Positions 23,790-33,294 are shown, counted from the stretch's first letter. The stretch: DNA of 64,000 bases from Patescibacteria group bacterium (GCA_019744845.1 JAIETW010000001.1:482859-546858); one strand, 5' to 3'. Numbers and translations: made by a program. Notes: a model not told the origin generated them from the letters alone.

Positions 23790-26609
23790 ATGTCTGAAAT
23801 AGCTGTCCAAATTGCATCCCGTTATATCCGCAGGAAACAGTCGGATGCAGTCGGTAAGAACCTACTAAAAACCTTAACTGAACCGATAACTAACTCTGAC
23901 GATAGCTATAGAAGAATTGCAGAGTCCGAAAAGGATTTCGCTAGCGCAGTCTTTCCAATAACAATATTTGTAGATAAGCCGGGGCGCCTAATTCGCATTA
24001 TTGATGAAGCTGAAGGGATGACAGAGAAGGAGCTTGAAACAAAGTTTAAAGAGTACGGTGCCGCCAAAAGTGGTGCTTACGAAGGCTTTAGTTCAAGGGG
24101 AATATTTGGGCAAGGTCTTTCGGACGTGCTTTTCTACCATCGTGAAGGAAAAATCAAGACAATCAAAAATGAAGAAGCTACGGTATGTAGCTTTTATTGG
24201 AAAAAAGAAAAGCAATATATTCAAGTTGAAAAGCAAACAAAAGATATAAATAGAATTGCAAGAGAGTGGTCGTTACCGTGTAAGCACGGAACGGTTATTG
24301 AGTTTGTATTAGACAACACAACACTACACGATTACGAAAATCTCGTGAAAAAATTGAGTGTTTTTTATATGTTACGCCTCATCAATAATAGTGACAGGCG
24401 TACCATCAAGCTTGTATATAAAGAGCGGAGCGCTACCAAAAAAGCTCAGATTAAGTATGAGTTTCCCAAGGGAGACCTGGTAGACTCAAGGCAGTTTCCA
24501 TTTAATTTTGAGGGGCACGATCCGGTGACAGTTGACGTGCAGTTATACAAATCTGACGTCTCTCTTAAAACAGTAGGTGAAGAAAGGGAAAATGGCTTAC
24601 TTGTATTTGACAATAAAGAAGCTGTATATGATCAAACGTTTTTTGGGCTAGACGATCTACCAGGTGCGGACAAGTTTTTTGGCACAATGAAACTTACAGG
24701 TGCTCGGGAGATTATTTTGGAAAAAATTAACCATCCGAAACATCCAGAAGAGATTTTGTCGGATACGCGTGATGGTTTCAATAAGCAGCACGAATTCTAT
24801 AAACAGCTTCAACTGATTGTTAAAGACTGGCTCTATCCAATTTTAAATGAAGAAAGAAGGCGAAAAACGAATGACGGGATTTCTGAGTCAACGATTGAAA
24901 AACATCAAAAGGCTTTTGAGGAATTAAACAAACTTTACAAGCAACTTACAGGAGACGAGACAAGTGGAACAATAAAAGCAAAGAAAAAACTGCGCCCAAT
25001 CGGTGGAATCCAGTTTGCAAGAAACCACGTCTCAATAACGGTTGGGAAAAGATACGGACTGCAATTACTGATTGATACTAACGTTGTAAAGATTGGCACT
25101 AAGGTTAAGTTAAAGGCGGCTAAGGGGGTAGTTGGGTTTTCCCCCGGAGAATTTGTTGTAGAGGAAGCACGTCCTGACGAAAACGGAGTTGCTGTCAAAA
25201 CTATAATTTTAACTGGACCTAAGGCACGTACGGCTGATACTCTCCATGCGAATGCAGGCAAGCACTCTGCTTCCGTTGTTGTAGGGGTAATTTCGGAGGA
25301 AGTGGCTTATCCAGAGGACGGGATGGTTTTTAGTCCTGAGTACGTCAGAACTATATCTCACAAAGATAGTGTAGCGACTTTGTATATTGATTTAACCAAA
25401 ATCAAGATAGGAACAAAAATACGCTTTGTAAGCACTAACGACACTATTCAACTAAAAAGAACAACAATTTCTGTTCCACGCAGAATGAGAACAGCAACCG
25501 GAACAAAGTTGGCAAAAATTCAAGTTGAGTTTCAAGGAAATAAAAATGACGAAACAGGAATTATTGAAGCTTCGTTCGGCAAATACTTAACTCAATGCAG
25601 GGTTGATATTAAAGAAAAAAAGAGGATCCCCCCAGGAGGATCTATAGGAAAGTTTAAGGACTGGGATTTTGATGACGGAGTCCCCCCTCATTTGCAAACT
25701 ACCTATGATCCAATGGAAGGGAGTCCCACTCAGGGATATATATTGATAAATACTTCCCACCCGATCAATCGGCACTACTTTGGTGAAAGCCCAACGAAAA
25801 AAGAGGCGCTTAAGTCACATAAGGCGCAACTCTACCTTGCGGAGCTAATACTTAATGAGTCGCTAGGAGGAATGATAAATGAAGCGTATCAAAAAGGAGT
25901 AATCCCTACAAACTACGGCGCTGGCATAGACATTCCTGTCTACGTTGCACAAAAAAAATATGAACTCGGCGAGCTAATTTATGATTTTTTTGTTGAACCG
26001 GAACCAACGGGTCTTGAATCCAGAAGAACTGAAAAACTCCAGGAGGCAAAACAGAAACACGATATGTCTGAAGAAGAACTCCTAGAAAATATGGACGATA
26101 GACCAAGAACAATGGTTGAGATGTACTTTGGTTTAGGTGAACAGAGAAAGCACACCCTTGAAGAAATTGCTTCAAGATTTGGGGTAACAAGGGAAAGAAT
26201 TAGACAGATCATCAATAAAGCATTGGCTCCGAGTTTTGGGGAGAAGTCCGATCCGTACGTGACTTCAGAGGATGAGGGAGTAGATACAAGAGATTATCTT
26301 GCTGAGGAAGAAAAACGCCTAATGCTTGAGGCGGAAAAAATAGTGGAAGTTAGCGCAAGGATGTACGGCGTGAAAGCATCTGACTTGTACAGTAAGACAA
26401 GAGAGGCAAATATTGTTGTACCGCGGCACATAGCTATGTATTTATTACGAACAAAAATGGGCCTTTCCTTTCCATCTATTGGGAAACAGTTTGATCGTGA
26501 CCACACTACAATTATGCATGCGTGTAACAAGATCTCTCTAATGATTCAAAAAAACCAAAAGATAAACAGAAGAGTGGATAAGATACTCAGTCTTGCTGAA
26601 GTTAAATAA
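23790..26609 (+). CDS. GHKL (MORC/HATPase_c_3-like) ATPase fused to sigma70 region 4 and DnaA domain IV
   Basis: LTEPITNSDDS, IIDEAEGM, RGIFGQG, HGT motifs; TLEEIASRFGVTRERIRQI; PRHIAMYLLR...SFPSIGKQFDRDHTTIMHAC. Confidence 0.88.
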   Translation: MSEIAVQIASRYIRRKQSDAVGKNLLKTLTEPITNSDDSYRRIAESEKDFASAVFPITIFVDKPGRLIRIIDEAEGMTEKELETKFKEYGAAKSGAYEGFSSRGIFGQGLSDVLFYHREGKIKTIKNEEATVCSFYWKKEKQYIQVEKQTKDINRIAREWSLPCKHGTVIEFVLDNTTLHDYENLVKKLSVFYMLRLINNSDRRTIKLVYKERSATKKAQIKYEFPKGDLVDSRQFPFNFEGHDPVTVDVQLYKSDVSLKTVGEERENGLLVFDNKEAVYDQTFFGLDDLPGADKFFGTMKLTGAREIILEKINHPKHPEEILSDTRDGFNKQHEFYKQLQLIVKDWLYPILNEERRRKTNDGISESTIEKHQKAFEELNKLYKQLTGDETSGTIKAKKKLRPIGGIQFARNHVSITVGKRYGLQLLIDTNVVKIGTKVKLKAAKGVVGFSPGEFVVEEARPDENGVAVKTIILTGPKARTADTLHANAGKHSASVVVGVISEEVAYPEDGMVFSPEYVRTISHKDSVATLYIDLTKIKIGTKIRFVSTNDTIQLKRTTISVPRRMRTATGTKLAKIQVEFQGNKNDETGIIEASFGKYLTQCRVDIKEKKRIPPGGSIGKFKDWDFDDGVPPHLQTTYDPMEGSPTQGYILINTSHPINRHYFGESPTKKEALKSHKAQLYLAELILNESLGGMINEAYQKGVIPTNYGAGIDIPVYVAQKKYELGELIYDFFVEPEPTGLESRRTEKLQEAKQKHDMSEEELLENMDDRPRTMVEMYFGLGEQRKHTLEEIASRFGVTRERIRQIINKALAPSFGEKSDPYVTSEDEGVDTRDYLAEEEKRLMLEAEKIVEVSARMYGVKASDLYSKTREANIVVPRHIAMYLLRTKMGLSFPSIGKQFDRDHTTIMHACNKISLMIQKNQKINRRVDKILSLAEVK

Positions 26610-26709
26610 ACTACCCCAACTGTTCGGCAGATAGAGTGAACTAATATCACGCTTTGCCCGGTTGCCTGTGTGGCCATTGAACTGTTCTATTGCCTCCCCA
26701 GGAGGTCTC

Positions 26710-26784
26710 TGGTGCTCTCGGTAGGAATCGAACCTACATTACCAGCTCCGCAAGCTAGCGTCCTATCCATTGAACGACGAGAGC
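26710..26784 (-). tRNA. tRNA-Arg(GCG)
   Basis: Cloverleaf; anticodon arm CTAGC-TTGCGGA-GCTGG; CCA encoded. Confidence 0.93.
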
Positions 26785-26825
26785 GTCGCCTGTGACTCTA
26801 ACGTTCTTCCTCCGCATTCGCAAGC

Positions 26826-27296
26826 CTACAGCCGCAAATACTCAAAGAAACGATCAAGGAAGGAGTGCTCGTGATTACCCTCAGGTACGTGCTGAGCGAT
26901 GTAGTCATAGATCTCAAGGGGGTCGTGTCCAATGACAGGAATGAGAATGTGAGGCGCAAGAATATGTCGGGTCCTGATAGAGAGGGCAGGAGGGAGCTTT
27001 GGATCTAGATACTCAAGGGCAGAGAAGTGCATCATGTCCTCGTAGTAGTAGAGGTTTTCATCAATCGCGAGTCCATCTTCCATCACGCGGAAGCGGTGCG
27101 TGTGAGGCGGCTTTGCAGCCTGAAGTGCAAGCGCACCTGCACCTGCCGCAATCACGAGAGCCAAAAGAATATTGTTGAAGAGAATGGCGGCAATCACTGC
27201 AGCGGTTGCAAGAATACCGAGCGCCCAAAACCAATCCGCGCCTTTATCGCCGAAGTCGTGTTGTGAGCCTTCCCATTCAAAGATGGTCTGTGCCAT
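26826..27296 (-). CDS. Conserved CPR-type two-TM protein with C-terminal soluble domain
   Basis: FEWEG...K.ADWFW followed by two TM helices; start moved to second ATG. Confidence 0.7.
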   Translation of the reverse strand: MAQTIFEWEGSQHDFGDKGADWFWALGILATAAVIAAILFNNILLALVIAAGAGALALQAAKPPHTHRFRVMEDGLAIDENLYYYEDMMHFSALEYLDPKLPPALSIRTRHILAPHILIPVIGHDPLEIYDYIAQHVPEGNHEHSFLDRFFEYLRL

Positions 27297-27347
27297 AGCT
27301 ATCGCCATAATACCACCCGTATACCAGGGGTAGAGGAAGACTGAGGA

Positions 27348-28880
27348 CTACTCGTACTCAATTGTGGCTGGTGGTTTCTGTGTGACGTCGTAGAGGATAC
27401 GATTTACGCCACGCACCTTTCCAACAATGGCGCTTGAGATCTTTTCAAGGAGTTCTGGTGGCATTTTGTGCCAGTCAGCGCTCATGCCATCCACTGAATC
27501 TACGGCGCGAAGGGCGAGTACGTACTCATACGTGCGCGCATCTCCCATCACTCCCACTACTTTAAGAGGGAAGAGTGCAGCAAAGGCCTGCCAGATCTTC
27601 TCGTACTCACCGGACTTCTTAAGTTCCTCTATGTACACCGCATCTGCGTCACGAAGGATTTCAAGACGCTCAGGAGTGACTTCACCCACAATGCGGATGG
27701 CGAGGCCTGGGCCTGGGAATGGGTGGCGCCATAGAAGTTCCTTTGGAAGATCCAAGGTTGCGCCCACGCGTCGCACCTCATCTTTGTAGAGATCTTTAAT
27801 AGGCTCAAGCACCTTAAGACCAAAACGCTCAGGAAGCGTAAGGTTGTGATGACTCTTTATCTTTGATGCCTGCTTGCCGGTTGCTGCAGATTCAATGCGG
27901 TCGGGGTAGATAGTGCCCTGTGCAAGATACTTAATAGGGAAGTCCGCGAGCTCTTCCTCAATCGCTTTCTCAAATACTTCAATAAACGTGTGCCCGATGA
28001 TCTTTCGTTTCTGTTCAGGGTCAGTAATACCAGAAAGTTTTGAAAGGAAGATGCGAGACGCATCAATCACATGCAGCCCCTTGAAACCGTGCTTCTTTAA
28101 ATAAGTAGACACTTGCTCCACCTCTCCCTTACGAAGAAGGCCCGTGTCTACAAACACGGCGTGCAATTGGTTTCCAATGGCGCGGTGTATGAGTGTTGCG
28201 GCGACGAGAGAGTCTACGCCACCGGAAATACCGACAAGCACATGTGCATCGCCGACCTCTTCTTTGATGTCCGCGATAATCTTTTCTCCGACTGCTTTGA
28301 TCTTCCAATCTTTCTTTGCGTTCACAATTTCAAAAAGGAAGTTCTTCAATACTTCCGTTCCGTGTGCGGTGTGCGTCACTTCGGGATGGAACTGGATACC
28401 GTAGAACTTTCGCTTTGCATCCATAAAGCCCGCGTACTTACAGGAAGGGGTGGAGGCAGTAACGGTAAATCCTTTCGGAAGCTTGGTTGCCTGGTCGCCA
28501 TGTGAGAACCACACAACTTCTTTTGCAGAGAGTCCCTTGAGCACTCCCTTCTTTGCGACCACTTTAATGGTTTCTTTTCCAAACTCGCGCTCCTTTCCTG
28601 GGGTGACTTTGCCACCAAGGAGATGCGCCATCGCCTGGTGTCCGTAACAGATACCAAGCACGGGAACCCCAAGCGTGAACACTCCCTTGTCAGGAAGTGG
28701 TGCTCCGTCATCAAGCACGGACATTGGTCCCCCAGAAAGAATAATTCCGGCAGGAGACAGGGCTTTAATTTCCTCTAGTGAGGCGGTTCCAGGAAGAATT
28801 TCTGCGCGGACTCCAAGGTCACGGACGCGGCGAGCAATAAGGTGGGCGAACTGGCTCCCAAAGTTCAGTACGACAATCAT
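27348..28880 (-). CDS. guaA: GMP synthase (glutamine-hydrolysing)
   Basis: GICYGHQ, QFHPEV, SGGVDS, HPFPGPGL, KPPATIEYE. Confidence 0.97.
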   Translation of the reverse strand: MIVVLNFGSQFAHLIARRVRDLGVRAEILPGTASLEEIKALSPAGIILSGGPMSVLDDGAPLPDKGVFTLGVPVLGICYGHQAMAHLLGGKVTPGKEREFGKETIKVVAKKGVLKGLSAKEVVWFSHGDQATKLPKGFTVTASTPSCKYAGFMDAKRKFYGIQFHPEVTHTAHGTEVLKNFLFEIVNAKKDWKIKAVGEKIIADIKEEVGDAHVLVGISGGVDSLVAATLIHRAIGNQLHAVFVDTGLLRKGEVEQVSTYLKKHGFKGLHVIDASRIFLSKLSGITDPEQKRKIIGHTFIEVFEKAIEEELADFPIKYLAQGTIYPDRIESAATGKQASKIKSHHNLTLPERFGLKVLEPIKDLYKDEVRRVGATLDLPKELLWRHPFPGPGLAIRIVGEVTPERLEILRDADAVYIEELKKSGEYEKIWQAFAALFPLKVVGVMGDARTYEYVLALRAVDSVDGMSADWHKMPPELLEKISSAIVGKVRGVNRILYDVTQKPPATIEYE

Positions 28881-28905
28881 GACCTATCCTATCATGCAGA
28901 TTCTC

Positions 28906-29883
28906 TCAATTAAAATCCGCGAGAAACCGCTCCACGGCCGGCGCAATGCGTTCCTTACAGGCGATGAATAGAGAGGAGCGAGGATCATTTGAGGTGCCGT
29001 ATGCCCACATAAGAAGTACAAACATCTCGCACACGCGTATCCTCATTCGGAAATCGTCCTGCGCTTCTTTAGACGTGATTCCCTGTTCGGAAAAATAGGT
29101 AGTGAGTGAGTACGGACTGCAGTATGTAAAGTCCCATGCGGGATCTGCAAGAAGCGCCCACTCCCAGTCTATGAGTCCAGAAAGCTTTCCATCGCTCATC
29201 AATACGTTAGAAGGATTTATATAGTCCGTGCACACAAGTGACGAGGGTCCTGTATAGGTGATGAGAGGGAAGAGACGATCAAAGAGCTGTGCAAAAAGTG
29301 GACGCATATCGTCCTCAGGATTGGTGACCAGTGACTTTTGTGCGATTGCGTCTGCCCACAGTGGTGCTTCAGTCATGAGAAACTCTTTCCACGACTGGTA
29401 ACGAGCGTGGATGCGGCCGTCCGCAAATGACTCTATGACACCAAAGCCTTCGGTAGGCACCTGCGCATGTATGGCTGCAAGTGCTGCTTCTACTTGAGGC
29501 CCAACAGTCTCCACCGGCTCCTTCCACTCCATGTACGTTGTGTTTCCTCGGAGTTCTATAGAGCCTGCGGCGTGTCCAGGAAGTTTGTGCTGAATAGTGA
29601 CTGCGTGATCTGAGAGGTCTACGCAGGACAACACTTCAGCAAGTGGGAGGTGAGGAAATGCTCGTGTTGCATCAGACACAATCTTCAACTTGTCGGGCAT
29701 TCCAAACGCGCGCTGCTCTGGCGTGATCTTTTTTATATGCACGACCAGTTCACCAACACTGGTGGTGAGTATGTACACTTCGCTCATGATGCCCTGCGTT
29801 CCGTAGAGGTGAAGAGAAGCAGGGTCGTATGTGATACCGAGGCAGTCTAATTCAGAAAGAGCCGTCTGAATATGAGCATTCAT
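28906..29883 (-). CDS. Aminoglycoside phosphotransferase/choline kinase-like protein
   Basis: Brenner-like CTDYINPSNVL and LIDWEWA...DPAWD motifs. Confidence 0.75.
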   Translation of the reverse strand: MNAHIQTALSELDCLGITYDPASLHLYGTQGIMSEVYILTTSVGELVVHIKKITPEQRAFGMPDKLKIVSDATRAFPHLPLAEVLSCVDLSDHAVTIQHKLPGHAAGSIELRGNTTYMEWKEPVETVGPQVEAALAAIHAQVPTEGFGVIESFADGRIHARYQSWKEFLMTEAPLWADAIAQKSLVTNPEDDMRPLFAQLFDRLFPLITYTGPSSLVCTDYINPSNVLMSDGKLSGLIDWEWALLADPAWDFTYCSPYSLTTYFSEQGITSKEAQDDFRMRIRVCEMFVLLMWAYGTSNDPRSSLFIACKERIAPAVERFLADFN

Positions 29884-29914
29884 ACGGGTAAGTATTTCAC
29901 AGTTGAACGTTTAG

Positions 29915-29999
29915 CGGAGGAGGTGAGATTCGAACTCACGGTCCCTTGCGAGACTCTTGTTTTCAAGACAAGTGCGATAGACCACTCTGCCACTCCTCC
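29915..29999 (-). tRNA. tRNA-Ser(TGA)
   Basis: Long variable arm; anticodon loop CTTGAAA. Confidence 0.95.
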
Positions 30000-30006
30000 T
30001 GGGCTA

Positions 30007-30303
30007 CTACGACCCCTGTTGAGGGGCCCCAGTGTCCTTACTTGTACCAAAGGTAAAGAGAGAAGGGAAGGTGCGCGCCTCTTTGTCCTTACGGAACCAG
30101 AGAAGGTACACGATCTCTAGAATACCCACGGTGTTTACAAGAAGAAGGACGATAAACCAGATCTTCTGACCGTTTTTAGCGGCGTGCCAGAGTGCAAGAC
30201 CCTTCCAGACGAGAGTCCACAATACAGCGACGATCATAAGACCGGCAAACATCCCGAGCCCCGCACCCATCATTCCCACATTTCCCATAAATGGACTATA
30301 CAT
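30007..30303 (-). CDS. DUF5652-like small membrane protein
   Basis: WTLVWKGLALWHAAKNGQKIWF...NTVGILEIVYL. Confidence 0.75.
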   Translation of the reverse strand: MYSPFMGNVGMMGAGLGMFAGLMIVAVLWTLVWKGLALWHAAKNGQKIWFIVLLLVNTVGILEIVYLLWFRKDKEARTFPSLFTFGTSKDTGAPQQGS

Positions 30304-30327
30304 ATATATACAGGATAGCATGTACCA

Positions 30328-30717
30328 ATGAAGTATCTAGGAATTGATTACGGCACTAAGAAAGTAGGACTCGCCCTCTCGGACGAGAACGGGACCATGG
30401 GCTTCCCGCATGGCGTGGTACCAAACGATGCGAATCTTAAGGCGTACCTCCTTAGTCTTATAGAGAAGGAGGGAGTGGGTGCCATTGTCGTCGGGGAATC
30501 TAAGAACTATCAAGGAGGAGACAATCCGGTCGCCGCACATGCACGCGCTTTTGCAGAAAAGCTTGGGGAAGTTGCGAGTGTTCCAATCCACTTCTACTCA
30601 GAACTTCTTACGAGCGAGGAAGCTCGCCGCATGCCGGATGGAAGTCGCGTATCTGAGGGAGGTGTTGACGCATCGGCTGCTGCCCTTATTCTTACTCATT
30701 ATTTTGAACGACCATGA
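30328..30717 (+). CDS. ruvX: YqgF/RuvX family pre-16S rRNA nuclease
   Basis: LGIDYGTKKVGLALSD, VDASAAALIL. Confidence 0.92.
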   Translation: MKYLGIDYGTKKVGLALSDENGTMGFPHGVVPNDANLKAYLLSLIEKEGVGAIVVGESKNYQGGDNPVAAHARAFAEKLGEVASVPIHFYSELLTSEEARRMPDGSRVSEGGVDASAAALILTHYFERP

Positions 30718-31043
30718 TTACGATAGATGATCTTGCAAAGATAGAGATACGAGTAGGCACGGTAGTGTCTGCAGAGCGTGTGCCCGAGACCGACAAGCTC
30801 ATTCGCCTCATGGTGGAGTTCGGGGAAGACACAGGACCACGCCAGATTGTGTCTGGCATCGCTGCATACATAGAGAGTCCTGAGTGGCTCGTCGGGAAGC
30901 AACTTTCTTTTGTGACGAACCTAGAACCACGTACGATTAAGGGGCTTGAGAGTAACGGCATGCTCTTTGCCATTGGTGGAGGAGATTCATTTGCGTTTCT
31001 TACTCCCCACCGTGACGTGCCACCAGGAACGAGTGCGCACTAA
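30714..31043 (+). CDS. Stand-alone tRNA-binding OB-fold protein (MetRS C-terminal/Trbp111-like)
   Basis: ITIDDLAKIEIRVG, RQIVSGI, NLEPR...ESNGM. Confidence 0.88.
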   Translation: MITIDDLAKIEIRVGTVVSAERVPETDKLIRLMVEFGEDTGPRQIVSGIAAYIESPEWLVGKQLSFVTNLEPRTIKGLESNGMLFAIGGGDSFAFLTPHRDVPPGTSAH

Positions 31044-31064
31044 AGCCTTGGTATACTCCAAGAG

Positions 31065-32150
31065 ATGAAAGGAACGTTCGCACGGTTCGCACGAGTGGAG
31101 TTTGCTCCTCCACCGTATTTGTCGCTTCCGACTGCGGGCGTAGATATCTCCACGAGCGGTATCAAGATTGCATTTTTGAAAGAACACGGGCATGGTCTTG
31201 AACTTGCGTCCTACGGTGAAGCACCACTCGCACTCGGCGCTATTGATGGAGGAGAGATTGCTGATCGCGCCGCAGTGGTAGAAGGACTCAAGATGCTTGC
31301 GAAGAAGCACGGCATCCGCTTTGCGAACATTGCACTTCCTGAATCTCGTGGGTATCTCTTTGAGGCGGGAGTAGAAGGAACGACTCCAAACGACTGGCGC
31401 ACCTCTATAGAACAGCGCATTGATGAATATGTCCCACTCCCTCCTGCAGAAGTGATGTTTGACCTCGTGCCTATAAACGAAAAGAAGGAAGACAAGATAC
31501 AGGTTGCCGGAATCGGATACGCACGTCGTGTCGTAGAAGAGTCGGTATCTGCACTAGAAGAGGCGGGGATTACCGTACGCGCAGTAGAGAGTGAGAACTT
31601 TGCACTTCCTCGCGCACTTCTTCCTCACGGAGATACGGAGACCGTGCTCGTGATTGATCTTGGGAAAACCACCACGAAGCTTCTCGTGGTGACTGAGCGT
31701 GTACCTCGTCTTGCGACGACGCTTGATATTGGTGGACACGCACTCACCCTTGCAGTCGTCAAGCACTTCGGGGTGTCAGAAGAAGAAGCACGTCGCATTA
31801 AGGCAGAGAAGGGAATTGTCTCTGGCACCGAGAATGATGAGTACATTGCTGCCATGCTCTCCACTGTGTCGGTGATCCGCGAAGAGATCGGACGCCGTCT
31901 TGAATACTGGCAAAGCCATGCTGCAGAAGACGGGCATCAGCCAGTGACGCGCGCAGTCTTGGTAGGAGGGAACGCAACAATACGCGGACTCCCTGAGTAT
32001 CTTGAATCAGGACTCAAGATACCGGTGGCGCTTGGAGATGTGTTTGTAAACCTCGCATCTCGCGACGATTGGTTGCCACCCGTTGATTACATGCAGTCAC
32101 TTGCGTACGGCACCGCGATAGGTCTTGCACTTCGTGAATACGTCCCATAG
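31065..32150 (+). CDS. pilM: Type IV pilus assembly protein PilM
   Basis: GVDIS, VIDLGKTTT, IGGHALT, LVGGNA, AIGLALR actin-like motifs. Confidence 0.9.
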   Translation: MKGTFARFARVEFAPPPYLSLPTAGVDISTSGIKIAFLKEHGHGLELASYGEAPLALGAIDGGEIADRAAVVEGLKMLAKKHGIRFANIALPESRGYLFEAGVEGTTPNDWRTSIEQRIDEYVPLPPAEVMFDLVPINEKKEDKIQVAGIGYARRVVEESVSALEEAGITVRAVESENFALPRALLPHGDTETVLVIDLGKTTTKLLVVTERVPRLATTLDIGGHALTLAVVKHFGVSEEEARRIKAEKGIVSGTENDEYIAAMLSTVSVIREEIGRRLEYWQSHAAEDGHQPVTRAVLVGGNATIRGLPEYLESGLKIPVALGDVFVNLASRDDWLPPVDYMQSLAYGTAIGLALREYVP

Positions 32151-32152
32151 CT

Positions 32153-32722
32153 ATGCACTCCTCCCTTATTAACCTCCTTTCCTCCGAACGCATTCGTGCG
32201 TTTCAGCAGGGATACTTCTATCGCCTTGGTACGGTGATCGCTCTTTCGCTTGCCTTCATGCTCATGCTTCACGCCATGATGCTTGCGCCTGCGTACTTCA
32301 CGCTTGCTGAAGCGAAGGCGAATGAAACGACTCTTCTTCAGAGTGTGAAGGAGCGTCTCTCTTCTGCAGGAGATCAGGAAATTACGGAACGCCTTGCGGC
32401 ACTCGGAAAGCAAACGGAACACCTTGTTCGTCTTGCAGCGGTGCCATCGGCCACCGCTACTATGCGGGAAGTACTTCTGCTTCCACGAAGCGGCATCACG
32501 CTTACCGGGCTTTCCTTCACTCCACCGGCAGGGAAGACCGGAGGACAGCTCCGGCTGACTGGCACTGCCGTATCTCGTGATGCACTCCGAAGCTACCAAA
32601 GCACTCTTGGTACTCTTCCGACGGTTACGAATGTTGACTTGCCAATCAGTGCATTTGCGAAGGAGAGTGATATTCCATTTACGATTACACTCACCGGGAG
32701 TTTTAGCCCCGTCTCGCCATGA
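32153..32722 (+). CDS. PilN-like protein
   Basis: INLL motif plus TM; LTGTAVSRDAL; follows pilM. Confidence 0.75.
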   Translation: MHSSLINLLSSERIRAFQQGYFYRLGTVIALSLAFMLMLHAMMLAPAYFTLAEAKANETTLLQSVKERLSSAGDQEITERLAALGKQTEHLVRLAAVPSATATMREVLLLPRSGITLTGLSFTPPAGKTGGQLRLTGTAVSRDALRSYQSTLGTLPTVTNVDLPISAFAKESDIPFTITLTGSFSPVSP

Positions 32723-33294
32723 CCAAGACCACTCTCATTCACCTGGGGCTTTCTATTCTCCTTCTCATCGGAGTAGGAGTGGCGTATGTATTTTGGTACA
32801 CGAGCGTCGTCTCTCTTCGCACTGAAGTCGCCACTCTCCGGACGGAAACGGAGACACTTTCCGCGTCTGCACTTCAAATCTCTGCTGCGCGATCTGCACT
32901 CGCAAAACTAACGGAGGACGAGACGTACTTTGGTTCTTACTTTGTCTCTACCTCAACCGTCGTTTCTTACCTTGAAGCACTTGAGAGTGCAGGAGATGAG
33001 TTTGGTGCCTTTGTAGAAGTAGTGTCAGTCACTCCGGAAGGAAAAACACGACTGGCGGTCTCTTGGAAGGCAGAAGGATCATTTGTGCAGGTGATGCGCA
33101 CGGCCGGTGTAATTGAGCACGGCCCCTACGATGCAGTGATGAAGAGTCTCACTATTGATACCAATGTGTCGGCAGAGGGAGTGTGGACGGTGTCTGGAGT
33201 CGTCTCAGTCGGGATGCGACCAGACGAAGGAACGAAGGAGCAGTCGGGCGCTCCTGCCGCTCCGTCGGATAATGTGAACGACCTTCTTATATGA
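32719..33294 (+). CDS. PilO-like protein
   Basis: TM plus coiled coil; EGSF motif; operon position. Confidence 0.65.
   Translation: MTKTTLIHLGLSILLLIGVGVAYVFWYTSVVSLRTEVATLRTETETLSASALQISAARSALAKLTEDETYFGSYFVSTSTVVSYLEALESAGDEFGAFVEVVSVTPEGKTRLAVSWKAEGSFVQVMRTAGVIEHGPYDAVMKSLTIDTNVSAEGVWTVSGVVSVGMRPDEGTKEQSGAPAAPSDNVNDLLI

Larger units (their letters stand above)
22714..26709. mobile_element. AT-rich three-gene genomic island between two tRNA-Arg genes (no integrase)
   Basis: Abrupt shift to A/T-rich codons; lies at the 3' end of tRNA-Arg(GCG) and is bounded by tRNA-Arg(CCG). Confidence 0.75.

Noticed and set aside
23969-26581. One-mismatch DnaA boxes inside the GHKL gene (e.g. AGTGGATAA 26573)
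   Set aside because: Isolated, within coding sequence and expected by chance in AT-rich DNA
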